Positions 13,029 through 26,563 of a stretch of 64,000 bases of DNA are shown here, in pieces (within the stretch, counting starts at the first letter, position 1; every line of letters begins with the position of its first letter). The notes under the pieces are model-generated. The model was given only the letters and a program-made list of their open reading frames with translations, was not told the DNA's origin and made no database searches. Both the position numbers and the translations under genes were made by a program. This DNA comes from the human T2T-CHM13v2.0 reference genome, Homo sapiens. Where the stretch lies: assembly GCF_009914755.1 (NCBI RefSeq), contig NC_060935.1; one strand, given 5' to 3'.

Positions 13029-14039
13029 TTATGGAGTGGTTGAGGTAGCCTCTGCTTAATGCTACACATCAGGCTTGTAAGTTCTGTTTGATGACCTGTA
13101 AGCCAAGTGAGGATAGCCCATCCTGTTCAGAAAGAACTGTATATTGCTGTTTCAATGACTAGAAGCCTCTACCAGCAGGTCCTTTCCTAATGAGGCTTGA
13201 AATACATATGGAATGTTTTTAAAGGACTCTGAGAACTTCATTTCCTGAAAACTGGAGAAGCAGACGTGAGCAGGGAGGTGCATTAGCTGATGCTTTTCTG
13301 AGCACTTCAGCTAAATGGCAGATGAGACTTTCTCCCACTCCTTAGGCTTCACTCCTTATTTGACACCTTCTCAGGCTCTCTTAGTCAGGGATTGTTGGCT
13401 ATGGCAAATAGAAATCTATTCAAACTAGCTCAGCAGAGTGAGAGTTTTTTTGTAAAGCTAAAGTAGTCAATTTCAAGGATAAGGAAGCTGAACGGCTGTG
13501 AGGCCTCATGGGAACTAGACTCCAGGAGCTACTGGGAACCAAAGCTTCATTCTCATGTCTCTGGGGTATCAGGGTCCAACTCAGCTCTGCTTCACTCTGA
13601 TTCTTTCCGTCCTTCTTTAAACTAACTTTCTCTGTTTCTATGGTGCCTCAACATGGCCACTAGCCCACAAACATACATAAGTAGTCAGTTCAAGTTCTCA
13701 CCACCAGACTGACCATGGTACTTGTGTTTTTTGGTTAAAATTCTCCAGAGAATAAACTTGGGTCAACAGGCCAGCCACACTCTTGGGCAGATTTTCCACT
13801 GTACATTCAAATAAGGTCTGGGTCATGTGATATAAACATAGCCGCCTAGGTCTGCTTTTTTTTTTTTTTTTTTAACATATTTTTCATAGGAAGAGTTTTA
13901 AAAGAAGTGGGCTATTAGTCCTAATCATGTCTATTATACAGCAAGAGTCCAGGTCCTTGCTATATCACATATCTTTGAAGAGACTACCAATCCTTACCAT
14001 AAGTCTCTTGAATGCCTCTACTTTCAGCAGTGGATACAT

Positions 14040-14525
14040 CATAGCCAAAGGAAAGAAATGGGAACTTTATGACCAAGGTGGTTCCATCTTCCAGGCCATA
14101 GTTCACTGAAACAGGAGAGGCCACCTGACTCAAGATGGGCTAGTTTGAGACCCTTCTGCAGGAATTTGGAATTGGAACTATGAAAGACTGGTGTTTCTAA
14201 GGGGCTGGACTTGTACTATATACAATTGGGAACTGTGATTAGCCACATTCTGTCATGTGGACTGGGTTGCAAAGGAATCAATTCTTCAGGCATAGAGAAA
14301 TATGAGGCTAATGTGCAGAGAGAAGCAGAAATGAGATATGAGGAAGGAACACTCCCTAGGTTCCTGATAGCTCTTCACAAATAAGTAGTGCTTTCTTAAC
14401 TTGGCTGCATTTTTGCCAGTGGGTTATGTGAGATTCTTTCCAGTCCTTACAATAAGTCCCTTTTAAACATCTTACAGTCACTTGAGTTGCCTTCTGATAC
14501 TTGCATCCAAATATCTTAACTAATA
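14040..14525 (+). mobile_element. Ancient ERVL-type LTR (LTR16/LTR33-like)
   Basis: Degenerate LTR words (ggaatttggaattggaac, agagagaagcagaaatgaga, ttctgatacttgcatccaa); subfamily uncertain. Confidence 0.45.
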
Positions 14526-15237
14526 TAAAAATCAGATGTATCAGGACTAACGTGTAAAATAAGACCTTCAGAAAAAAAAATGTGTTGTCATCTGAGACAA
14601 TGATGGGAACAGTGGGGACTTCCCCGTCCTGAAACTGTCTCTTGGTATGTGCTGGCAAATAAATTGGTGAACTACCATCACCTGTTATTATCTGAGACTC
14701 AGATCACATACCTCCAGAAATGGAGATGTTAGGGGTCTTGGCTAAATATCAGGATATTAAGAGTATTGTTGCTTCTTGCAGGGTTTTGTAGAGAGCAACT
14801 AAATAGAAACAAATTCTTGTCTAGGACTTCCTCGTATGGGAAGATACAGAAGCCACCTAGCATCAGCTTACAGAATTACAGAAGTTAAAAAAAAAAACAG
14901 TCATTAGATTGATGGTAGCTTGGAGGGATTGAGAAAGCTTTAACAGATCTCACTCTTCCTGCAGGCAGCCAACCATGAGTCAATTCATGAAGTCCAATTC
15001 AGGGACTTTGAATTTTATTCAAAAGGACATTGTCAGCACAGGGAAAGAATATTTTGGCTTTGTGTGAAGAATTGACAAAAGAGAATTTGAAAGTATAACA
15101 GACAGACAAGTTTGAAAGTAATTGCCACAGTCTAAAACAATTTGATAGTCATCTGGTCTAGAATGATAGCAGTGAAGATGGAGGTCAGGTTCAAAATATT
15201 TTCTGGAGATAGATTTGAAAGGATTTACAGATGCATA

Positions 15238-15793
15238 GTGTAGCCCACTTAATTTTTAAAAGATACTCATACCAAATTACATCCCATCCAATGTTCTCTT
15301 CCTGCAATAAGATATTGATAGATGCCTCCGTCAAGAGATGGGGTCTATGATCTTTTCTCTTGAAACTGAGCAGATCTTAATAACTAGTTCAACCAGTAAA
15401 ATGTTGCAGAAATGATGCTCTGTGACTGCTGAGGCTGGGCCATGAAAGGCAACATGGCTTCTGCCTGGCTCTCACTTTCACTTGGAATGTTTGCTTGTAG
15501 AACTCAGCCACCATTTTGTGAGGAAGCCTAGACTACATGAAGAGGCCATGTGTGGAGTGTTATGGTCAACAGCTCTGCTAGCCCCTCAGCTGTAGGCAGC
15601 ACCAACTTTTAGACATGTGATTAAATGATCCTTCAGTTAATTCAACTTTCAATCCTTGGATATTTCAGTTGAGGCCTTGACATGTCCTAACTGAAATCCT
15701 GGATCTGAGAACCCATGAGTGATAATAAATGATTTTTGCAATTTTAAGCCACTAAGATTTGAGATAATTTATTACGAAGTGATAGATAACTAC
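15238..15793 (+). mobile_element. MLT1 (MaLR, MLT1F/G-like) solo LTR
   Basis: cagccaccattttgtgaggaagcc and ttttaagccactaagatttgagataatttattac...agataactaca terminus. Confidence 0.75.
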
Positions 15794-15869
15794 AGATTGA
15801 ATGTGGGCTATAGGAGGAAAAAGTAAGTCTAAGATGATTCCAAGAATTTTGATCTGAATGAGTAGAATA

Positions 15870-16108
15870 TTTGTTGTTGTTGTTGTTGTTGTTGTTGTTA
15901 GAGGTAGAGTCTTGCTCTGTCACCCAGGCTGGAGTACAGTGGCATGATCATAGCTCACTGTAACCTCAAACTCCTGGGCTCAAGCCATTCTCTTGTCTCA
16001 GCCTCCCAAATTGCTAGGACCATAGTCATGTGCCACCATGCCTGGCTAATTTCAAAAAAAGATTTCTTGTTTTTGGTAGAGATGGGGTCTTGCTACATTG
16101 TCCAGCCT
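15870..16108 (-). mobile_element. AluJ-type partial element with (GTT)n tail
   Basis: Antisense Alu with J-type words (gatcatagctcactg, ctcctgggctcaagc); truncated in the left arm. Confidence 0.85.
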
Positions 16109-16402
16109 GATATATATATTTTTAAAGTGAAAACACGAGTTCTTCTTTGAATATGTGAAGTTTGAGATAGCTTTCCCTAGCACTCTCTGCTTTATCCACA
16201 CTGGCCTTCTTGGTATCACTGAAATGTAGCAAGTTCACGCCCACCATAGTCTACAATAATGAAATCCTCAACAACCATTTTGTAATATATGACAGCGACT
16301 TCATGGTCACAAGTAGACCGAACAAGAGATTTCACTTAACTTAATCAAGCCAACTAGAGTAATCTCCTGGGAACTTGGAAGTGAATGGAGAGAGTTAAGA
16401 GT

Positions 16403-16680
16403 TCTAATTGAATACCCTTTATTTCTTTCTCTTGCCTGATTGCCCTGGCCAGAACTTCCAACTCTATGTTGAATAGGGGACACAGGGCGGGGAACATCAC
16501 ACACTGGGGGCCTGTCTGGGGTCGGGGGCTGGGGGAGGGATAGCATTAGGAGGAATACCTACTGTAAATGACGAGTTGATGGTGCAGCAAACCAACATGG
16601 CACATGTATACCTATGTAACAAACCTGCATGTTGTGCACATGTACCCTAGAACGTAAAGTATAAAAAAAAAAAAAAAAGA
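16403..16680 (+). mobile_element. Short L1PA insertion with inverted 5' segment
   Basis: 16478-16680 is L1PA 3' UTR plus poly-A; 16403-16477 is antisense L1 ORF2. Possible TSD aagagtt. Confidence 0.85.
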
Positions 16681-16972
16681 AAAGAGTTATATATGTGACT
16701 GAACCAAAAACATTTAAACTTGGGAACTGTGGGCTTAAATGTTCTACAAGGCAGAGTAGGTAGAAGGCTCTGATCTTCAGTGACAGAAAGAGACAGAGAG
16801 AGAGAGAAGAATGAGGCAATGGCGTAATAGATGGACAGAAAATACTGCCTGAATTCTCACGGGATTTCCAGTGGGAAATCTTCAGCCCAGCTGTAATCGT
16901 GGCTTGGCTTCTGGATACACATATCCTTATAATAAATTTCCTTTTGTTTTTGTTTTGCTCAGGCTTATTCTG

Positions 16973-17256
<284 letters not shown>

Positions 17257-20200
17257 CTCTGGTTGATTTTTGTTACTTGAAACTAGAGAGTCCAAACTGT
17301 TATATCCAATTAATCAGAACCTCCTTGTTTCTCCAGAAAGCAACAGCAAGCTCAAGGTTCCTCAAAATAGCATTGCTCAGAGCTTTCCTCGCCTCCTTAA
17401 AGCATGTATAGAGCTCCACGTAGGTGCTAATTGGCAACTGGATACTGATCACACTGACTTGGTTAAGGTGGCTAAATAGCTTACTCATGCCATTCCTGTG
17501 TGGAACCTTTTGATTTATATTTTAGAGAAACAAGAAAACAAAGGAGTTCTTGAAGAAGGTTCCTAACAGTTACACTCACCTTCTTTGTAACTGTGTAACA
17601 TGCTAACATACCATTATTGTCATTCATTACGAGTAACAAGAAGTCATTATAAGTAAAAATGTCCTAACTTCTCTGAGAAAATCACCTTTCATCTTTTGGA
17701 AATGTTACGTTTTGTTTGAATGTATTATCTGTAATCATACATGGAAGGAGACTCGCTCTAATAATGGGTTTTCACAGTGTTGAAACTCAGGCTTTCTAAC
17801 TTGCAACAGTAGCAAGGTTGTGGTTAATGAATCCATGCTGCTAAAATTGTTTCAGAGCGAGGAATAGGAGGGAGCCTTGTATTGGTGAAGCTGTCTATGC
17901 CACGCTATGGTAGTTGGAAGAAAACCTTTCTGGGTCTTTGGAAAAGGTAGGGCACTAAGGGAAGGGTGATTTTATTTTCTGACGCTGTAAAGAGCAGCAA
18001 AGGCAGAGGAGTGAGAACAATGTTCACTACAGTACCAGCTGGTAATACTAAGAAGGTTATTTAATACCTTCTTTCTGAAAAAATGTGACATAAGAAAAAT
18101 GAAATAATAATTCATATATTTTGAGTGCTTCCTATATGCCAGGTGAGAGACTAATGACATCTCTGTAAAGTTGGTGGGTGTCAGGTGAGTGACCTTGGGT
18201 AACCTTCATCCCTCCTACCCCATGTCTTTGTTACTGTTTCAGCAGAATGGGGAGAATCACATATTCTCGGATCTTCGCAGAGCTCTTCTGAGGACAAAAT
18301 GGAAGGGACATTGTTCTGAAAGGTCAAAGGTATCCTGTAAATATAAGAGCTTAGCAAGTTTTCTTTCTTTGTCTCTTTCTCTAGTAAGAAAGATGGGGTG
18401 GAAAGAAAGTGAGAGAGAAGCTTTGTTTGGAATTTACAGAGGGGTGAATCAGATAGGCAATAAATACAATAAGTACATCATATGTTATGTTAGAAGGTGA
18501 CAATTCCTATGGTGAAAATGAAGCCAGGGTCAGAAGAATAGGGAATGTGCAATTTTAAGTATCTTGCTCAAATTTTAATTTTAAGGTTCAGCTCAAATGC
18601 CACTTCCTTGGAAATCATCTCCCCTGAATTTTATCCTGGTATGGGAATGATTGATTACATATATGGCTTACCTCTAACAGTAAAGTATAAAATTTTTGAA
18701 GGCAGGAAATATGTGTGTGTATCTGTGTGTGTATAAATTTCAGCCCTGGTCTCTAGACCACCTTTCTTAATCAAAAATGAGAAATGATTGAATGTGCAGA
18801 TGGTCCCCACCTGTCCCCTTCCTGGCTCCACCTTTGTCAAAGGAGTTTCCTCCTGACCTTGCTCTCTTCCTTTTTCTTGTCTGGACATTTTGAGACTCAT
18901 AAAAAATGCATGTGCAGATGCTAAGAATAATTACCACAATTTCTCAGCTGCAGAGAGCTGGTAAAGGTCATGCCAACTTGCTGTCTGTGCCAGTTGCTTC
19001 TCTGGGCAGTGCACTTGTCCTAGTTATTTTTCCCTAAGGTTTTCTTTGTGTTAAAGATTAAAGGACAAACTTGATGAAGTGCCTGATTCCAGGGAGGGCA
19101 AACTAGAGGCTACAATGGGCCTTGCCTTTTCCTAGGTGGATCAGTTTCCATTCTACCTATTCTAGGTAAATAGCTGGGCGGGGGGCCGTTCTCCCAGGAC
19201 ACAGCTGGCGAGGGTGGCAGAGCCTGTGATTCATGACATTATTCTGACTGAGGAAACTGGACCTTGGAAGATAAATGATTCCTCATGGGACAAGTCAGAA
19301 CTAGAATTCAGGCTCCCTTAACCATTCTTAGCGATGGCCCAACTGGGTGTACAGCTTTTAGAAATGGAGATTGAAGAGAAACCTTCTCTTTTCCTACATG
19401 AAAGGGGCTATTTGCATATAAATAATCCCAATATCAGCAGTAATCTCTCCTTGGAGACCCACACTGGCCACGGATTGGCTATGACAGTGTTGGGGCAAAA
19501 CAAACTAGTAGAGTCTTACGCTGGAGCCGGAGCCTGCAGACAGAGGATATTCCCCCACCTTGTCTCGGCTTGCAGGGGTTGGGGGGATGCGCATGTAGGG
19601 ATTTATGGGAAGGGAAAGAGGAGGAGAAGAGAATGATAAAATTAAATCCTTCCACGTTCCTGTCTTTAGGTGGCCAAATTATGATTATTTCATATTGCTT
19701 TGAGGAGTTAATAAGAAAAACGGATGATGATATGGAAGGCCAGAGTGATAAGAGACTTACCTGGGACCACATAGCTAGTCAAGGATGGTGGTGGGGATGG
19801 GGCAGGAGGTGGGAATGAAGAACCACGTGTCTGGTTGCCCATGCGGTGCTCTTTTTCTATATCCTCACCTTAAGATTACAATCAGTGAAAGAGCAGGGGT
19901 CATGAGCAGACAGAGAACAATGAACAAGGAGGTAAAGAGATTCTTCAGGGAAAGGTGAGATGGGTTTCAGGTGAGGAAACTGATCAGGTTCACCTGGTCC
20001 ACACCCATCCCAATGCTGCCAAAGCAAACCTTCTTTACTTGTCATGTGCACAGTGACTGTTTCACATTGACCTTGCTGCCCAGGTGCTCTCAGCAATATC
20101 AAACATTCTCTCGGTAGTCCAACACTAGAATTTTGCCATGGCTGCTCTTAATTAATGAGCAAAAAATTCTTGCATCGTCACTTGTCAAATTGAATTATAA

Positions 20201-20259
20201 AATAGTTCCTTGGTCGCATGCTTGTTTTTTCTGCTAGACTCTGAACTCCTTACTGTCCT

Positions 20260-20650
20260 TTGAACACACCAGGCATGGTCTCGCCTCAGAGCCCTTGCAT
20301 TTGCTGTTCCCTCTGCTAGCATGCTATCCCTCCAGATGTCTGTATAACTTGCTCTCTTCTCTCTTGATTCCTTCAAATCTTTGCTCACTTATTACCTTTT
20401 AATGAGGCTTTCTCTGATAACCCTATTGAAAATAGCAACCTCCTTAACTTTCTTTTCTGCTGTATTTTTCTGCATAGCACACCACTATCTGATATAATAT
20501 ATGTTTTCCTTTTGTGTTATTTTCTGTCACTCCACAAGAATGCAAGCTCATAGGAGCAGGGTTCTCCCCTGTGCCCCCATGCCTAAAGCAGTCCCTGGAA
20601 GATAATAAGTGCCCAGTGAATATTTGTGGACTAAATGACAAGTGAGTGAA
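20260..20650 (+). mobile_element. L2a 3' end
   Basis: cttgcatttgctgttccctctgc, aagaatgcaagctcataggagcaggg, tail cagtgaatatttgtggactaaatga. Confidence 0.75.
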
Positions 20651-22289
20651 TGTACTCCTGCAGGTTAGACACATACATCATGGTTCCTGGCATCTAACAC
20701 ACGCTTAATGCCTACAGAGTGAAAGATAAATTGTGTTTCTTCCAGAAGTTCTATTTAAAACTGTCCCTGATCATTTAATATTACCTCCTGTGGCTTCATG
20801 ACTCCTTGATCCCTTTTGTGAAGGGACTGTTTAGGCAACAGTCTCTCCCACATTCAGAGCCCTCTAATAAATTCTGTAGACATTTACTGAGCTGTTCTCT
20901 GATTCCCCAAATAGACTAAGTTGGCTAATTGTTTGCTCCTGCAGTACCCTCTCTGCTGTTTTTTGGAAGCGCACAAACCACTTATTGTTACTTGTTTGAT
21001 GTCTGTTTTCCCCAATGGGCCTTAAAGGTTTCAATAGGGCAGGATCCATGTGAAACTTGCTCCCTGCTGTTTCCCGCACTTCCAGTCCACTATCTGACAC
21101 TCGTTGGACAGTAAATGAGTATTTATTGACTGAAGGGGCCAGGTATCGTTAGCAGTGCCAAGGAGGGATTAAAATATGTTCTTTGACCCCAGGCACTGGA
21201 TTGAGTAATACTTTAAAGACATTTCCCGCTCCCAAGTACCTCAGTGAGCATATCTTTTGGGAAATTCCTTCATCTGAGGATTTGACATTTACAAAATTAT
21301 GTACCTTCAAAAGTTATCAGATTGAACAAAGGAATTCTGCTGTTTATTCAGCACAGGAAAATGATAAACTGCTACCCAGGTTTCTCTACATTTACAAATT
21401 TCTTCTCCGATGTCTTTCAGCTTGCAGGAAAGAGGCAGAGACGGTGGGTCACCAAAAAGTCTCCTTGGACTAACCATATAACGATGATAATGATGATTGC
21501 TACTAACTTTTTTTATTGCAATAGATGGGATCTGGTTAAATACATTGAGTGCACAGCCTAGGATTCTCACATATTTTTGTTAGCATTTTATCAATTCCCA
21601 TGATTTATATTTTTAGGTAGTCTCTTTCTTTTAAAGACTTAATTGGGGTTATTACAAAAATAACACATTTTTGTTACAATAAAATGAAAGGATACATGCA
21701 AAGTAAAAAAGGGAGAGTGGCTCCTTTCTTTTACCTCTGTTTCCCAATCTTCTCGCCCAGAAGTAACTCCTATTAGTTTCGTATGAAACTTTTTATACTC
21801 ATCAAACATTTATTTACTTTTTGTATTTCAACAAAAATTGTATCATATTTTATATCATCTTCTGCAACTTGCCATTCTACTTTACAATTACGGATGTCAT
21901 TGTAACTTGTTAATTGCAAGTATCTCTTCTTATTAAAGGCTGCAGATTATTCACTTATTTCCCTAATTTTTTCCAATAACAAACAATGTTGCAATAGACA
22001 TCTTTGAATGTGACTGGTTATGTACTCATGCTCAGCCTCCTGATGATAAATGGTTAGAGGTGGAATTGCTCATGGATTTGGGTTAATTTAGTCAAGGTGG
22101 AGCCCCATTTCCCACAATTTTATTTTTTGCATAGTTTGGTTCACTGTGGGCTGCGGGAAACATTTGGCATGAGATTCAAAAGGAGGAAAGAAATGAAGTC
22201 GGAACCATATTCTTTTCATGCTCTGAGGATCAGTGAAGGGGACCAGGAGTAGGGGGTGGGAGGACAGGGAGACTGCTTGATTTCACACA

Positions 22290-22603
22290 TTATTTATTTG
22301 TATACATGTATGGCTTACAAGTACAATTTTGTTACATGCATAGATTGTATAGTGGTGAAGTCAGGGCTTTTAGGGTATCCATCACCTGAACAACATACAT
22401 TGTAGCATTAAGTATTCTCATCATCTACCCGTCTCCCACTCCCTCACCCTTGCAGGTCTCCATTGTCTGTCATTCTACATTCTATGTCCATGTGTACACA
22501 TTGGCTTCCTTATTACCTTCCACTTATAAGTGAGAATATGCAGTATTTGCAGCAATGTGGATGACACTGGAGGCCATTATCTCAAGTGAAATTAATCAGA
22601 CAC
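22290..22603 (-). mobile_element. L1MA-type 3' end with short inverted segment
   Basis: Antisense L1 3' UTR up to ...gagaatatgcagtatttg, then the adjacent L1 segment in sense orientation. Confidence 0.8.
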
Positions 22604-22929
22604 GTAATTAATTTTTAAATATAATATGCCAACTGTTAAAATATTATTTATTAGTTTCTTTACCCCTGAATTTGACACTTCATTTTCATACATTTCTATA
22701 TTTACTCGAGTTTGTTTTTAGTACTTTTCTGTTACACAAATATATTTTAACTCTAAAGTATTATTTAACTCAATTTCTTTAATTTCTGAAACTTTGGGGT
22801 TTATTTTGGTATCTGATAGGGCAAAATATCTCATTATTCTTTTTCAAAAATTTCTTTACTTTTCTTATGTATCTTGGGTTCTAGATAAACTTTTAGATCA
22901 GCTTGTCGTGTTTTATCAATATATCAGTC

Positions 22930-23460
22930 ATCTATTGCCATATTAACTTACTGGCTTAAAACAATAAGCATTTATTATTGCTTAATTTTTAGTTGCGTCT
23001 ATGGGTCAACTGACTATAAAGTGACTAGTGCTTCTGGTTTTAGCTGGGTAGGCTCATGCATCTACGGTCAATTGTGGATCAGGTTGGGGCTTGGCAAGGT
23101 TTTCTCACGTATTTGGGGGTTGCCTGGCTGCAGGTAGTCCTTGGCTGAAACAAGTGTGCTTTCCTCTATGTGGTGTCTCATCCTCCAACGGGCTAGCCCA
23201 AGCTGTTCCCATGGCAATGGCAAAGGTCCAAGAGTCAAAATAGAAGTAGAAGTGTGCAAGGTCTCTTGAAGCCTAGTTTCAGAAATGGCACACCATCCCT
23301 TCAGCTGCATTTTTTTGGATGAAACCATAAAACCAGCAAATATTCAAGGGTGGGGAAATAGACTCTATCTCTTGAAGGGTGGAGCTGCCATCACATTGCA
23401 AAAGGCATTCAAAAGGGAGGCTGTTGACTGAAGTCATCAATACAATCAACACGGCAACCA
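22930..23460 (-). mobile_element. MLT1 (MaLR) LTR
   Basis: tggcttaaaacaataagcatttattattgc, ggtctcttgaagcctagtttcagaaatggcacac, gaaatagactctatctcttga. Confidence 0.7.
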
Positions 23461-25958
23461 AATAACATTGGCAAAGATCTCCTTGAGAGTTTTATTGGAC
23501 TTGAATTAAAATAATAGATTTCATTCCAAAAACTGACACATGATAAACACTCATCTACCCACCATCCAGATTTGTCAAATCTTAACATTTTGCTTTATGT
23601 GTGATTTCAAAAATAACTCAGTAAAGATATTCTTGAAATCCTTTGTGTTCCAGTCTCTGATCCTAGTCCTTTGTCCTCCTGCAGAGCTAACCACTACCCT
23701 GAATTTGCTGTTAACATTCCTACACATGCTTTTATGTTTTCACTCCATATTTGTGTCTCCAGAATAACCAACAGTTTATTTGTATTTATTTAAAAACTTG
23801 ACATCTGTGGTACCATACTGTTCTTATATTCAAATTGCCAGCAATTTGTTCAACATGACGGCTTTGAGATTTACCCATATTGATATATGTAGCTTCAGGT
23901 CATATTTAATTTTTTTGTTGATCTGGTATGGGTGAAGCATTCCTTCTCATAATTTAAAATCACCTCTACAAACTGTGTTTTTCTCATTAATCAATTCTAG
24001 TGGCATTTATTTGTTGTTGTTTTTTTTCCAATGCCTCTTTTTTTTCCCTTTGGACTGGCAATAGGTTTGTCTATTGTATTGCAAGAATCCACCTCCTGGT
24101 TTATCAAATCCAATAAAAAATTTGTCTTATATGTTATTACTTTCTACTAAAAATTTTTAAAATTTATCTTTAGCTTCTTGTGGTTGTGTGTATATTTTAT
24201 TTATTTTTTTGTAGTCCATATTGTCTAATACATGCATTTCCAGGCCTAGTTGTCCCCCTTAACTGTTGTTGCTAAAATTCACAGGTTTTAATAAGTACAT
24301 ATCAATGTCAATTATTTTTAAATAGTTTGCAATTTCAGGATGAGCCTCACATTATCTCAAGTGTAACTGAGCAGGCCATTTTAATGTGTCAAAATGACTG
24401 ATACTCTTTTTAGCCTTTATTAATTTCTGTGTGCCTTATATTGTGGTCAGACAATGTGTCTTGTATGATTAACACAAACTTGACTGACAGTTGATTGGAT
24501 ATTAAATTCTAAATGCAAAATAATTTTCTCTGATTTTTAAAGACATTTTTCTTTCCTCTGGCTTCCAGTATTCAGTAGAGTGGATGCCAAATTTGATGGC
24601 AGTCTTGTTCTCATATAGGTCACTTGCTTTGTTGTTTTTTCCCCCTCTCTAGAAACATGTAATGGATTCTTTTAATCCTTGAGTCCAGAAGTCTGTTTTG
24701 TTCAGTACTGGTATTAGAATCTTGGTGAGCTCTTTGGATCTGAAGGCTTAAGATTTGTTTTTAAGCTCAAATAAATTTCCTCCTTTTTTCTTTTTAAATA
24801 TTATCATCCTCTTTTTATATTCTCTTAGAACTTTTATTGAGCAGATATCTATCTTTTGTGCCTCTTAACTTTTTCATGGTTCTCTTTCCCCCTGGTGGCA
24901 TTTTTTGCTTTAAACTCTGGGAAGCGTAGCAGGTTTATAATTTACAGTTTTAATACAGGTGTGCAACAAAAATAACTTCTTAAAATTTCATTTTAACTGA
25001 ATTCAATCTTTTCCACTGAAGGTAAAATGAACCTTTTCCAAACCAAAGCAACTCGCTTTCAGTTTTGAACATAGTACATTCAGGATTTAAACTGTCAATT
25101 CAAAATTTTTTCTCATTATCCCCCTTCTTCTTCTCCTTTTTGTTCCCCTCTTTTTCCAGGATGTGATGTAAATTCTCCAGGGCTTTACATATCATGCTGG
25201 CATCAGGACGGGACATTTAGTATAACTAATTTCCCTCTTCTCACTGTTCTCTGTAGAAAGAAAGCTGTTTTTTTTCTTTTTTTTTTCCTTTGGTTCTTAT
25301 TGCCATTGCTCCTATCTGCTGCTGCCATCCATGATCAAGCCATGGATTCTCTTTTAAGAGACATACAGTCTGCATTCTCTTTTTATGGCCCTCAGACTCC
25401 TTTGGTTTTTGAACCCTCTCAGTGACTTTTAATATGGAGGTGTCAGGATTCTGTGAAATTATCTTTGTCCCTCTGCTTAGAAGTCTCCATCAACCATGTT
25501 GGTATGTTGCTTTGCTGCCATGGTGGATGCAGAGAATCTCTAGATGGCTTACCATAAATTATCCTAGGAAGTGAGGCATAAGTATCCCTTTTTTCAGATG
25601 CTTCTAAAAATGAGACGAGGACTTGTATCATTTACAGACCCCCTCACTCAGGTTTGGGGGGTACTGGGACATTGACTCCTTCTTAAGGATCCAGGCAACA
25701 TCTACAATCTAACTGCGATATCCTCTGAACTCCTCTCCAGCCTACACATAACATTTTTTTTCAAGGAAGAAAACAACTCTTTATCATAGTGCAGATTTTA
25801 TGCCCAATGGTATAAACTCTCTGCTTCCTTTCTTTCATGATTGCTATTGTATTAAGATTCATTTTCAGGAATTCCAAAGAAATCCTTGTATCCTTCTACG
25901 TGGTGTCCCTTGCAATTAAAAGCTTTGCTGTCAAAATGATCATTTCTTTAATGCATTG

Positions 25959-26318
25959 TGATATGGTTTGACTGTGTCCCCACCCATATCTCATCTTGAA
26001 TTGTAGCTTCCATAATTCCCATGTGTTATAGGAGGGACCCAGTGGAGATAATGAGTCATGGGGGTGGTTCCCCCATACTGTTCTCTTGGTAATGAATAAG
26101 TCTCATGAGATCTGATGGTTTTATAAGGGGAAACTCCTTTTGCTTGGTTCTCATTCTCTCTCTTGTCTGCCACCATGTAAGATGTGCCTTTCACCTTCTG
26201 CCATAATTGTGAGGCCTCCCCAGCCACGTGGAACTGTGTGTCCATTAAACTTTTTTTCTTTATAAATTACCCGGTCTTAGGTATGTCTTTATCAGCAGCA
26301 TGAAAATGGACTAATATA
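25959..26318 (+). mobile_element. THE1 (THE1B-like) solo LTR
   Basis: tgatatggtttgactgtgtccccaccc start and gaaaatggactaatata end; near-TSD cattg/catta. Confidence 0.92.
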
Positions 26319-26563
26319 CATTAAAAATCTATTTAGAAGTTCAATTAGTTCCTTTATTCCATGATGTATCAAGCCCACACTTAAAGAAAAGCATGTGACA
26401 AGTAATCACTGCTTTCTGAATTATGGAGGTCAAACAAGTGCTATAAGGAACATGGAATATTGAGGGGTGGTGGTTTTGGGACTCATTGATGGGAAACTAG
26501 CACTTAGAATATTATTTGACTGAAATTGATCTTTGGAAATCCTAGATAGTAATAGATTTTCAG

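Noticed and set aside
19334-19818. Cluster of 80-100 aa ORFs
   Set aside because: No recognisable domain or splice structure; lengths are compatible with chance.
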